A stretch of DNA of 64,000 nt from Promethearchaeota archaeon (GTDB taxonomy: Archaea > Asgardarchaeota > Lokiarchaeia > Sigyniarchaeales > SOKP01), in assembly GCA_016840165.1 (NCBI GenBank), contig JAEOSU010000072.1:270566-334565 (forward strand). Direction: 5' to 3'. Position numbers and translations under genes: made by a program. This document shows, one piece after another, positions 1 through 9,844 of the stretch (positions are counted from its first letter, which is position 1; each line of letters starts with the position of its first letter). Below the pieces are notes generated by a model. That model made no database searches, was not told where the DNA came from, and saw only the letters and a program-made list of their open reading frames with translations.

Positions 1-2
1 TA

Positions 3-1982
3 TTATTCACGCTTATTATGAACTAATCCTTCACTTTCCAACACACTACTCACGTTTTCTTGATTCATGTTGCTTATGTGATAGTACAATGCATTGGACG
101 CTTCTGCAAATTTTTTATTGATTCCAAGTTTCACATCTGTCGCTTCCGTATCAATTATTATCATATCGATGCCATTTTTTGTTATTTCCTTGCCAATATT
201 CATTATATCTTTAATTGGATCTTTAAAAAATACATTTCCTCGGGCATCAGAAATAAGAATAATCAATGGGATATATCCTGTACTCTTTCTCTTTTCTTCA
301 AGAGCAATATTTAAGGCTTTACTTAAACCTGTGACCAATGGGGTTGTACCCCCCGTTGGGACCTCTTTTAATAACTTATATGCTAAATCAGTACTTCTTG
401 TTGGAGGTAGAATTACTTCAGCATCATCTCCTCGGAAAACCACCAAAGATACTTTATCACGGTATACATAATTAGATTGGAGTAGAGAAAAAATTACCCC
501 TTTTACAGCTTGCATTCTATCGTTTGCACCCATTGAACCGGAAGCGTCGACACAAAAAATAATTAAGTAGCTAGATTTCCCAATCCTTCTTTTAACGTGT
601 ATATGCTCTTCTCTAACTTTTAATTTGTCACCATTTTTAACTGCTTCTTTATTCTCAGATTCTAATGCTGCTGTGTTAAGAGTTTGTAATACTGCGATGT
701 CTGCAGAACTTGTAAAATTGAAATTTTTAGGCTTTTGACCACTAATATATTTTCCTTTCTTATCTTGGGTAGGATGGAGTAATCTTTGTCCGGAAGTATT
801 CATTTGCTTTTTCATTCTTTTCTTTTCCAAAACTCTATCTGCATTAATGGATGTATCGATGTCAAAAGTTCGTTCTTTTATATTATTAATCATTTTTTCA
901 TTAATTTCCTTTGAATCAGGGGGAAGAGTAGCTTGTTCTTCTAGTTGCTGCTCCTCATTAAACATCTTATCGATTTCCTCTTCATCGATAACATTTTCTT
1001 CAAAGGGAAGTTTTCTTAAACGGTGAGCTAAAGCTAACTTAGCTGCAATTTTAATGTCATCATCAACTACTTCTTTCCTTCCATTAAAGGCCGCAATTGT
1101 TTTAGCAGTTATGTTAATGGTAATATCTGCGCGATGACTATCAATCTCTAATTGTACAGAAAGTTGAGCGATTTTCTTTAGTTGCTCTTCTGAAATTTGA
1201 ACATTATCAATAATTTTGCGAGCATTCACAATTTTTTCTCTCAAAATTTTTTGCTCATGCTCGAATCTATCGTGGAACTCATGAGGATCAATGTGATATT
1301 GCTCAGAATATTTAATTATTAGAACGCGCTTATCAATATCTAATATTGGTTTTGCTTCTACACTTAGACCAAATCGATCTAAAAGCTGGGGTCGTAAATT
1401 TCCTTCTTCGGGATTCATTGTTCCAACTAAAATAAAGTTGGAGGGATGATGAATACTTATTCCTTCACGTTCAATTATGTTTATCCCCATGGCGGCACTG
1501 TCTAATAACACATCTGCAACATTATCCGCAAGCAAGTTAACTTCGTCAATATAGAGAATATTCCTATTCGCTTCAGCTAAAATTCCTGGTTCAAGAGCTT
1601 TTAATCCCTCTTCTAAAGCTTTTTTTATATCTATAGTTCCAACCACTCTATCTTCGGTTGCATTAATAGGGAGATTGATTACTCTCATCTTTCGTGATTC
1701 TATGTCACTTTCATCTAATTTATTTTCGATAATTTTATGTTGACACGCATGACATGATTCTTTTAAATTATCAGGATTACAATTGAAAGGACAATCTTTA
1801 ATAATTTTGATTTCGGGGAGTAAATCTGCCAATGCTCTGACTGCAGTTGATTTTGCTGTTCCTTTCGTTCCTTTAATTAGTACACCTCCAATTTTAGGAT
1901 TGATCGCATTTAAAATCAGCGCAAGTTTCATTAAATCTTGTCCTACTATTGCAGTAAAAGGATATGTTTTAAAGTGAGTCAT
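3..1982 (-). CDS. Magnesium/cobalt chelatase ChlI/ChlD-like AAA+ ATPase with C-terminal vWA domain
   Basis: N-terminal YPFTAIVGQ, Walker [35 protein letters not shown]; v[26 protein letters not shown]. Confidence 0.85.
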   Translation of the reverse strand: MTHFKTYPFTAIVGQDLMKLALILNAINPKIGGVLIKGTKGTAKSTAVRALADLLPEIKIIKDCPFNCNPDNLKESCHACQHKIIENKLDESDIESRKMRVINLPINATEDRVVGTIDIKKALEEGLKALEPGILAEANRNILYIDEVNLLADNVADVLLDSAAMGINIIEREGISIHHPSNFILVGTMNPEEGNLRPQLLDRFGLSVEAKPILDIDKRVLIIKYSEQYHIDPHEFHDRFEHEQKILREKIVNARKIIDNVQISEEQLKKIAQLSVQLEIDSHRADITINITAKTIAAFNGRKEVVDDDIKIAAKLALAHRLRKLPFEENVIDEEEIDKMFNEEQQLEEQATLPPDSKEINEKMINNIKERTFDIDTSINADRVLEKKRMKKQMNTSGQRLLHPTQDKKGKYISGQKPKNFNFTSSADIAVLQTLNTAALESENKEAVKNGDKLKVREEHIHVKRRIGKSSYLIIFCVDASGSMGANDRMQAVKGVIFSLLQSNYVYRDKVSLVVFRGDDAEVILPPTRSTDLAYKLLKEVPTGGTTPLVTGLSKALNIALEEKRKSTGYIPLIILISDARGNVFFKDPIKDIMNIGKEITKNGIDMIIIDTEATDVKLGINKKFAEASNALYYHISNMNQENVSSVLESEGLVHNKRE

Positions 1983-2104
1983 TTTTAATCGTTTTGACTT
2001 ATAGATTCAAACTTAATATTTTTTTATTATTTTTTCATACTCTATAAAAATTAGCAAATAATCGTTAAAAAAATTACTTTTTTTAAAATATAATTTTACA
2101 TAAT

Positions 2105-2710
2105 CTATGTTCTTTCCATCTTCAGCTCATTTTTGAGCTCTTGATAAAATCGATCTATAATCTCATGTCGTTTTTGAGCAAACTCTTTTGATATATCTAA
2201 AAAAAGTTGTTCTATTAGTATCAGAATCTTATTCTCAAGATGCTTAAGGACATCTTGAATCGTTCCATCCATTCTTGTTGTATAACCTATGGTTCTATAT
2301 AAACCAATCGCTCCGAGGGCATCTAATTTATCCACATCTGACAAAATTTTAGCTTCGAGGGTTTTTGGGAGTTTCTGACTTGAAAAGGAGTGAGCATGAA
2401 TACAATGAATTATATTCTCAAAGTCAGTTTTGATAAATATAAAATCTATAGTTTGAAGGTATTTTGATGCTAAATTTGCCGAAATCTCAGCATGATTTTT
2501 ATTTCTATGTTTAAAATCCTCAGAAAATCTGCCAATATCATGTAAAAGGGCAGCAATTTCTAAGACAAACAAGTTTGCACCCAACTTTTTGCCAATTTCG
2601 ATGCACATATGATGCACACGTTCAGTATGACCATAACCGTGAATATCATCATAAGGAATGTGTTTAAGAGTATAGTTCTTAATCTCTTCTAAGAGTTCTT
2701 GTTGATTCAT
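2105..2710 (-). CDS. HD-domain metal-dependent phosphohydrolase
   Basis: HGYGHTERV, ALLHDIGR, HSFS, SDVDKLDALGAIG motifs. Confidence 0.9.
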   Translation of the reverse strand: MNQQELLEEIKNYTLKHIPYDDIHGYGHTERVHHMCIEIGKKLGANLFVLEIAALLHDIGRFSEDFKHRNKNHAEISANLASKYLQTIDFIFIKTDFENIIHCIHAHSFSSQKLPKTLEAKILSDVDKLDALGAIGLYRTIGYTTRMDGTIQDVLKHLENKILILIEQLFLDISKEFAQKRHEIIDRFYQELKNELKMERT

Positions 2711-2818
2711 TGATCTTAATTAGTAAATTGTTAATCAATTTGAATAGTTAATATAAAAAATAAAAGTAAAATAGATTAAATAAAGCTAGAATTTATTTTT
2801 AATCTTAAAAGAAATGGT

Positions 2819-4504
2819 TTAAACTTCTTCTCCTCTTCTTCTCGCTTCTATCTCCTTAAGATCTTTCCTTAAAACTTTACCTACTAATGTTTCAGGAAGT
2901 TCTTTTCTAAATTCTATGAATTTAGGAATTTTATAAGGTGCTAAGACTTGACGGCAAAATTCCTTTATCTCTGCCTTCATTTCATCAGATTCTTTATACC
3001 CATCCTTAAGTACAATATAGGCTTTCACTTTTTCGCTCCCAGGAAGGTTGGGATCGGGAAGTCCAATAACTGCTGCGTTCTCTATAGCTTCATTTTCAAA
3101 TAGGACATCTTCAAGTTCTCTTGGATATACCTTGAATCCACTAACATTTATCATGTCTTTCTTTCTGTCAACAATGTAGAAATATCCGTCCTCGTCCATT
3201 TTAGCAATGTCTCCAGTCAATAACCAACGATTTTTAATCTGGTTATCAGTTTCATCTGGTTTATTCCAATATCCTTTCATTACTTGAGGTCCCTTTATAA
3301 TAATTTCTCCAGCTTCTCCAAGAGGAACAGATTGAGTATAATCATCAATTTTAACAATTTTAACCTCAGTGTCGGGAATTGGCATACCCACAGAACCTAC
3401 TTTTCGTTCTCCCTTAAATGGATTAGTATGGGTAACCGGTGAGGATTCAGTCATTCCATATCCCTCAAGAATTATTGCCCCAGTTCTTTCTTCAAATTCT
3501 TTCAATACTTCAGGAGGCATAGGTGCCGCACCAGTATTACAAACCCGAATAGATCTTAAATCTTTCGCATAATCTTCAAGATCATCCCTTTCTAATAATC
3601 GCATATACATTGTAGGAACTCCAGGAAACATCGTTGCATTTGTAGTTTTAATTATTTCGAAGAGAGACTTTTGATCCCGAGGATCTGGGTTAAGTGCGAT
3701 AGTAGAGCCTATTAATACATGCAGATTCATACACACGGTTTGTCCATATATATGAAAAAGTGGAAGATTTGTTAGAATGGTTTCCTTTCCCTCTCGTAAT
3801 TCACCTACTCCCCATACATTGACAGCAACTGCATTTGATACAAGATTGTAATGAGTGAGCATCGCGCCTTTAGGTAAACCAGTAGTTCCACCTGTATATT
3901 GTAAGCATGCTATATCTTCTTTAGCGTTAGTTGTAAAAGCTGGGGGATTTGGTTTAGTTTCGTCAATTAGGTTTAATAACTGTTTTGTACCGGATATTTC
4001 AGGCGGATTTCTTTTTGACATAGGAGAGTAATCTAGTACATTGGTAATTATTACGTGCCTTAATCGAGTTCTGTCTCTAATTTTACTGATTTTTTCAATT
4101 TGATTATCCCATGCAATTATAACTTCTGCTCCGGAATCATTCAATTGGTAGGCCAACTCATGTTCTGTATGTAGAACACTACAAGCTGTGACTATCGCAC
4201 CTGCTTTTAATATTCCATAATAACTTATAATAAATTGAGGAAAATTTGGGATCATTATTGCCACGACATCCCCGTGTTTTACCCCGAGGTCTATTAAAGC
4301 AGTCGCCAATCTATCAGTAATATCATCTAATTTTTTATATGTAATTTTATTCTTCATAAACCAAATAGCAGTTCGGCCACCAAATTTATTTGCGGAATTC
4401 TTTAAGAATTCATATATATTAATCTCAGGATATTCAATGTGCGCTGGAACACCCTCATCATAGTTTTTTAACCATGGTTTTTGAGAATAAATATCTTCAC
4501 TCAT
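2819..4504 (-). CDS. fadD: Long-chain-fatty-acid--CoA ligase (AMP-binding)
   Basis: YTGGTTGLPKG, EGYGMTE, TGDIA, DRKKDMI, GKVLRK adenylation motifs. Confidence 0.9.
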   Translation of the reverse strand: MSEDIYSQKPWLKNYDEGVPAHIEYPEINIYEFLKNSANKFGGRTAIWFMKNKITYKKLDDITDRLATALIDLGVKHGDVVAIMIPNFPQFIISYYGILKAGAIVTACSVLHTEHELAYQLNDSGAEVIIAWDNQIEKISKIRDRTRLRHVIITNVLDYSPMSKRNPPEISGTKQLLNLIDETKPNPPAFTTNAKEDIACLQYTGGTTGLPKGAMLTHYNLVSNAVAVNVWGVGELREGKETILTNLPLFHIYGQTVCMNLHVLIGSTIALNPDPRDQKSLFEIIKTTNATMFPGVPTMYMRLLERDDLEDYAKDLRSIRVCNTGAAPMPPEVLKEFEERTGAIILEGYGMTESSPVTHTNPFKGERKVGSVGMPIPDTEVKIVKIDDYTQSVPLGEAGEIIIKGPQVMKGYWNKPDETDNQIKNRWLLTGDIAKMDEDGYFYIVDRKKDMINVSGFKVYPRELEDVLFENEAIENAAVIGLPDPNLPGSEKVKAYIVLKDGYKESDEMKAEIKEFCRQVLAPYKIPKFIEFRKELPETLVGKVLRKDLKEIEARRRGEEV

Positions 4505-4607
4505 ATTTTATTCACTTTATATGTCTTTATTTTTAATATAAAACGTATATTATCTTATTAATTTTATTTTAAATCAAAAAAAGATAAAAAGAAATTTTAT
4601 TACTAAC

Positions 4608-6200
4608 TTAAGTTTCTTTTATATTATCAATGGCTAATTCTGCAGCTTCACAAACATAATCACATTCATCATGAATCATTCCTTGTAATGCAGAAAGAAC
4701 CTCAGTAGAGTCTACTCCAAGCATTCCCAATGCTTCGGTGGCTCGCCATCGTACATCTTTATTTTTGTCGGATAAAGCTCTAATTAAGGACGGAATTGCC
4801 TTAGTAGCAAATAATCCTAATTTACCAATAGCAAGCGCTGCTTCTCTACGTACATTAGCTTTCTTATCAAGTAAAGCACCTTCTAAAGCATTAAGAGCAG
4901 CATTGGATTCCACTCCAATCTTTCCTAAAGTCCTCGCAACTTCTAGTCGTATATAATTTTTTTTACTATTCAATTGCGTGATAATGAAATTTATAGGTTC
5001 ATCTTTGTTTATACCAATTCCACCAATAGATGCAATTAATAGTACTTTTTGCTTGTTATTTAAATCGAATAACTTATGGAACCATAAATAATACCCCAAA
5101 CTAAGATATATGATATCTATTATTATAAATATTGCATATATTATTGAATAAAAAAACGATATAAAAGCAAAAATAGTCCCTAGACCCCCTAAATTCATTA
5201 AAACAAAAAGTAGGGGTAATCCTGGTGTAAATAGATAAATCATACTTAAAACTAATAAAACCCAAAAAATTGGAAATCGAATAGTTTGTTTACTAAAAAG
5301 AGGAATGTGAAACTCATCATAAGCTTTTATTATGGATGGGATAGCAGTTTCCCCGATGCTTCGCAGCGCATCAGTGGCTATACCTCGAACAGATTCTACT
5401 TTATCGTCTAATAAACCAGAGATTTTTTCTAAAACCTCGGGACTGGATATTTTTAATTCACCTAAAGTTTCAACCGCACATCTTCTAACGATAGCATTCT
5501 TATGCTTTAAGGAATCTAATAAATAAGGTAGGGTAGGTTCGCCAATTTGAGCAAGTGTAGATATTACCCTATTTCTTACCCTCCAATCATCATCACTAAG
5601 AGCATGAATGAGAGTAGGAATAGATTTTATAGTATTTTTTCCAATTCCACTTATTGCTTCTGCTGATGCGGTTCTTACAGTCCAATTCGGATCTCTCATG
5701 CTTTTTGTTAAATCAGGAATAACCTCAAAAGCATCAGGACCTAATAAACCTAATGATTTCGCAGATTCAGTGCGAACACTCTCATCTTTATCCTTTAATC
5801 CATTTTTTAATATATCTATACATTCTTCAGTAGCAACACAGATTCTTCCTAATGAATTAACCACTGAACTACGAATAGAAACTTCTTTCTCATTTATAAG
5901 ATCAGCTAATCTTGGAATGGATGGAGACGCTATATGCCCGATTTTACCCAGAGACCGAGCTGCCTCACGTCTTACGCTCCAATCTTCATCATTAAGATAT
6001 TTGGTTATTTTTGAAACTGCTTTTGGCCCAGCTTTTTCACCAAGCTCTCCGAGAACGAATATAGAATTAAAACGAATAGATCTTATTTCATTATCAACTT
6101 GCGTAACCACATCATCAATAACGGAAGGATCTTTTTCTATTCTTCCGAGAACTAGATCAATCCTTGCATCTCTTAATAATTGTTCTAAAGAAGCAGACAT
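4608..6200 (-). CDS. HEAT (PBS-lyase-type) repeat protein with an internal two-helix transmembrane insert
   Basis: Repeated D.(D/N)W.VR..AA.ALG units on both sides of a ~65-aa hydrophobic stretch; GGTGA motif upstream of ATG. Confidence 0.8.
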   Translation of the reverse strand: MSASLEQLLRDARIDLVLGRIEKDPSVIDDVVTQVDNEIRSIRFNSIFVLGELGEKAGPKAVSKITKYLNDEDWSVRREAARSLGKIGHIASPSIPRLADLINEKEVSIRSSVVNSLGRICVATEECIDILKNGLKDKDESVRTESAKSLGLLGPDAFEVIPDLTKSMRDPNWTVRTASAEAISGIGKNTIKSIPTLIHALSDDDWRVRNRVISTLAQIGEPTLPYLLDSLKHKNAIVRRCAVETLGELKISSPEVLEKISGLLDDKVESVRGIATDALRSIGETAIPSIIKAYDEFHIPLFSKQTIRFPIFWVLLVLSMIYLFTPGLPLLFVLMNLGGLGTIFAFISFFYSIIYAIFIIIDIIYLSLGYYLWFHKLFDLNNKQKVLLIASIGGIGINKDEPINFIITQLNSKKNYIRLEVARTLGKIGVESNAALNALEGALLDKKANVRREAALAIGKLGLFATKAIPSLIRALSDKNKDVRWRATEALGMLGVDSTEVLSALQGMIHDECDYVCEAAELAIDNIKET

Positions 6201-6211
6201 TTTGATTCACC

Positions 6212-6925
6212 TTATATTCCTAAATAAACTTTTTTAATTCTTGGCTCTTTTACTAATTGCTCTTTTGTACCTCTCATCTCAATTTTGCCCTCTTCGAGCA
6301 CATGGATATTTTCACCTACCTCCATAGCGAGAGCTGCGTCTTGTTCAATCAATAGAGTTGTTGTACCTTCTTCTTTAATCTTATTTATCGCCTGAAAAAT
6401 AGTGTCTTTAATTTTTGGAGCTAATCCCAATGAGGGTTCATCTAATAATAAGAGTTTAGGATTAGCCATTAACGATCTTGCAATTGCGAGCATCTGTTGT
6501 TCACCGCCACTCAGAGTACCTGCTCTTTGTTTTTTTCTTTCTTTTAGTCGAGGGAATATTTCAAATATAAATTCCAGTAATTCATTATACTTTTGTTTGT
6601 CTTTAAGAGTATTAGCCCCTAAGTCAATATTTTCCATAACTGTCATATCATAGAATAATCTCCGTCGTTCAGGACAGTGAGCTATCCCTCTCTTTGCTAT
6701 TTTATGAGGTTTCATACCATCAATTCGCTCTCCTAAAAATTCAATTTTACCACGATCAGGTTCTTCTAGTCCAGAAATTACTTTTAGAAGAGTAGATTTT
6801 CCGGCACCATTCGGACCTATTACGGCATCAAGAGCTTTTTCTTCAACTTTTAAGTTTATTTCTTCCAGTGCTCGTGCTTTTTCATAATAATGATATATTT
6901 TTTTCAATTCAAGCAAATCCTTCAC
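6212..6925 (-). CDS. livF: Branched-chain amino acid-type ABC transporter ATPase
   Basis: GPNGAGKST, LSGGEQQMLAIAR, LLLDEPSLGLAP. Confidence 0.9.
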   Translation of the reverse strand: MKDLLELKKIYHYYEKARALEEINLKVEEKALDAVIGPNGAGKSTLLKVISGLEEPDRGKIEFLGERIDGMKPHKIAKRGIAHCPERRRLFYDMTVMENIDLGANTLKDKQKYNELLEFIFEIFPRLKERKKQRAGTLSGGEQQMLAIARSLMANPKLLLLDEPSLGLAPKIKDTIFQAINKIKEEGTTTLLIEQDAALAMEVGENIHVLEEGKIEMRGTKEQLVKEPRIKKVYLGI

Positions 6926-7649
6926 CTCTTCCTAAATATGCTTCTAACACAATTTTGTTATTTGCAACTTCTTGGGGTGGGCCTTCGGCTATATATTTTC
7001 CTTGATGCATTGCTATCACCCTTGGAACTAAGTGCATCAATTCCCGTAATACATGTCCCGTCATAAAAACAGTTACTCCATCATCGTGCAATTTATTGAT
7101 CAAATCAGTAATTCCTTCTTGTTCTTCATGGGAAAGTCCGCTAAATGGTTCATCAAGCAAAAGAAATTGGGGATTAGTCCCAAGAGCTTTAGATATTTGT
7201 AGTTTTCGTAGATCTCCATGGGGAAGTATAATTGGAGGAATTCTAGCCTTATCAACTAAACCAGTTGATGCAAGTATTGTACTGGCATATTCCTCCACTC
7301 CATATTGTTTTGAGGCTTTTCGACTTCTCTTCGACAAGCAAGGAACGACTACATTATCGAGTAAAGTCATATAACGAAAATATCGCACTATTTGAAAGGT
7401 TCTAGCAATACCTAAATTTACAATCTTAAATGGCTTCATACCAGTTATGTCTTGACCATTAAATCTAATAGATCCTGAAGATGGCTTTTCTAAGCCAGAG
7501 ATCATGTTAAAGATTGTTGTCTTTCCTGCTCCATTTGGTCCAATAAGCCCAACAAACTCTCCACGATGTATTTCAAAGCTCATATCATTAACCGCTGTGA
7601 GTCCTGAGAATTTCTTAGTTAAATTCTTAACTTCTAATATAATTCCTAT
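6909..7649 (-). CDS. livG: Branched-chain amino acid-type ABC transporter ATPase; probable start upstream of the track's ATG (7583), at ATA 7649
   Basis: GPNGAGKTT, GIARTFQ, LLLDEP; frame continues upstream as IGIILEVKNLTKKFSGLTAVND, the conserved LivG N-terminus, 6 nt after GGTGA. Confidence 0.85.
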   Translation of the reverse strand: MGIILEVKNLTKKFSGLTAVNDMSFEIHRGEFVGLIGPNGAGKTTIFNMISGLEKPSSGSIRFNGQDITGMKPFKIVNLGIARTFQIVRYFRYMTLLDNVVVPCLSKRSRKASKQYGVEEYASTILASTGLVDKARIPPIILPHGDLRKLQISKALGTNPQFLLLDEPFSGLSHEEQEGITDLINKLHDDGVTVFMTGHVLRELMHLVPRVIAMHQGKYIAEGPPQEVANNKIVLEAYLGRGEGFA

Positions 7650-7660
7650 TTTTTTTCACC

Positions 7661-8713
7661 TCATCTTCCTAATAAAACTAACCAAAAATCTCTAAGGTGT
7701 TCTAATGCTGGTTTTAAAACTCCTTCAGATGCAAATCGAATGATTAAAATAAGTAGAATTGAAAAAATAAAGAGAGGTTCAGCAAAATCTACTAAAAATG
7801 CAAAAAATGGTATATTCGACAAAAACTCAGATATAAATACCAAAGCTTCACTTAAAAAAACAAATATAAAAGCTCCAAGAGCACCACCGGATATTGTGGC
7901 TAGACCACCTAAAGCTACCATAATTAATGCATAAAATGAATATAATGGTTGATATATTAAAGGATTTATCGCATTATTATACATAGCCCAAAGCGCTCCT
8001 GCTAAACCTGCAAATAAAGCACTTATCATAAATGCTATCACTTTATATTTAGTTGTATTAATACCTGAAGATTCTGATCCTCTCTCGTCATCTCGGATTG
8101 ATTTTAAAATAGTCCCTAAATTTGATTTTGTTAAACGGATCATGATAATTATTGATACGATCATAAAAATGAATACTACATAATATGAGACCGTAGCAAT
8201 CGGCGATATACTTGGCACACCAGGTATTCCCTCATCACCATGTAAAATGGGTTTTAAATCCCATAATCCGAACACCTGCCGGAATATAATGCCAATAACT
8301 AGTGTTGCTAAGGCTAAATAAGGTCCTTTCATTCTTAATGTCATATAACCAATAGCTAATCCTAATAATACAGCAACCAGAAGACTAATCCATATTGCAA
8401 TTGCCCAATGAAGATGATATGTCACTAAAAGTTCAGCAATAACATATCCAGAAATACCAAGAAAGATAGCATGCCCAAAACTTACTTTCCCTGTGAAACC
8501 AGCTAATAAATCCCAACTTGCGGCATAAATAGAATAAATCATGGCAAGCATGAATACTTTTAGGACATATGTATTAGTACTTACTAAGGGAAACAATGAT
8601 AGTCCTATCACGCAAAAAATTGTTAGACCCCCTTTAAATTCTCGCGCCCAACTTGCAAAATATTTTGGAAATCCAGATATTTTTTCCCGAACCTTATTAG
8701 TTTTATTCGACAT
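7661..8713 (-). CDS. livM: Branched-chain amino acid-type ABC permease
   Basis: G..SFGHA, GPYLALATL, IRDDE..S.GIN motifs; multiple TM helices. Confidence 0.88.
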   Translation of the reverse strand: MSNKTNKVREKISGFPKYFASWAREFKGGLTIFCVIGLSLFPLVSTNTYVLKVFMLAMIYSIYAASWDLLAGFTGKVSFGHAIFLGISGYVIAELLVTYHLHWAIAIWISLLVAVLLGLAIGYMTLRMKGPYLALATLVIGIIFRQVFGLWDLKPILHGDEGIPGVPSISPIATVSYYVVFIFMIVSIIIMIRLTKSNLGTILKSIRDDERGSESSGINTTKYKVIAFMISALFAGLAGALWAMYNNAINPLIYQPLYSFYALIMVALGGLATISGGALGAFIFVFLSEALVFISEFLSNIPFFAFLVDFAEPLFIFSILLILIIRFASEGVLKPALEHLRDFWLVLLGR

Positions 8714-8743
8714 AAATTTTTCTACACTTTAATATTGATTTTT

Positions 8744-9619
8744 CTAATCAATTTCTTTTTTACCAAAAAGACCCCTTGGACGTATTATTAAAATTATAAT
8801 TAGAACTATTATTGGCATTAGAGTGGATATAACAGGATTAAGAAAGTAAGCTGTAAAAATTCTCACATACCCCAGAATAAAGGCACCAATTAAACTACCT
8901 TTAAGACTGCCCATGCCACCCAAAATAACTATAGCAATCGAATCTGTTAATACAACCCACCCAAGATAAGGAGCCACTCTATCTAATGGTGTATAAAGTA
9001 TTGCTGCTAACCCGGCTAAAAAAGCAGAGATCATAACCGTATACATTACAATTCTATCGACATTTATGCCCATCAAGCTTGCAGCTTCACGATCCTGGGA
9101 GACTGCTCTGACAGCCTTTCCTAATTTGCTTTTGCTAATAAAGAGCATTACAAGAGATATTATCACTATTGAAGAAACAATTAATATGATTTGGTGGAGT
9201 TGAATTGTAACATCAAAAAAATTAAAACTCATATCCCAGATGGTTGAAATATGTTTAGTTTCAGGTTCAAAAAGAACACCTACTAATTGTTCTGCAAAAA
9301 ATGCAAGAGCAAATGTACCAATCATAACACTTACTTCGTTTTCATGCAAGGGTTTTATCAATAGCAAATAGGTCAACATCCCAATTATAATAATGAAAAC
9401 TATTGCTATACCCATTCCTAATAAAAATGCAGTATCACCAAGATTGGGAGTAAGGGTTGACCATATCCAATAAAAAATATAACTAGCTAGAAGATAAAAG
9501 GCTCCTTGGGCCAAGTTCAAAATACGTCCAACTCCGTAAACCAATGAATAACCCAAAGAATATAAAGCATATATTAAGCTTTGAATTAAACCGAAGAATA
9601 AAAAATCTACAATGATCAC
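8744..9619 (-). CDS. livH: Branched-chain amino acid-type ABC permease
   Basis: G.SLVYGV..ILNLAQG, GKAVRAVSQDREAASLMGI, ILGGMGS, RPRGLFG. Confidence 0.9.
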   Translation of the reverse strand: MIIVDFLFFGLIQSLIYALYSLGYSLVYGVGRILNLAQGAFYLLASYIFYWIWSTLTPNLGDTAFLLGMGIAIVFIIIIGMLTYLLLIKPLHENEVSVMIGTFALAFFAEQLVGVLFEPETKHISTIWDMSFNFFDVTIQLHQIILIVSSIVIISLVMLFISKSKLGKAVRAVSQDREAASLMGINVDRIVMYTVMISAFLAGLAAILYTPLDRVAPYLGWVVLTDSIAIVILGGMGSLKGSLIGAFILGYVRIFTAYFLNPVISTLMPIIVLIIILIIRPRGLFGKKEID

Positions 9620-9844
9620 GTTAATTTATCAACTCGATAATTGATGTAATCAAAAGATTTAAACAAAATGTCCCATCTAATGACCATTTAATATTAAAAA
9701 TATTTGTTTTTATCCTATAAAAAGATTACTTTATTCTAGTTTGCTTCTAAACAATTTTTACAAATTGTGCCAATATTTAAATACATCCTTATCAAAACTA
9801 GTTAATATCCAAAATTTATTTACAAAAATTTGTGAGAATTTAAT

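Noticed and set aside
5608-6237. 209-aa plus-strand ORF and the other short antisense ORFs in the track (e.g. 94-471, 26126-26422, 30561-30872, 54163-54531, 56318-56611)
   Set aside because: They lie antisense to well-supported genes and have no motifs; they are shadow frames.
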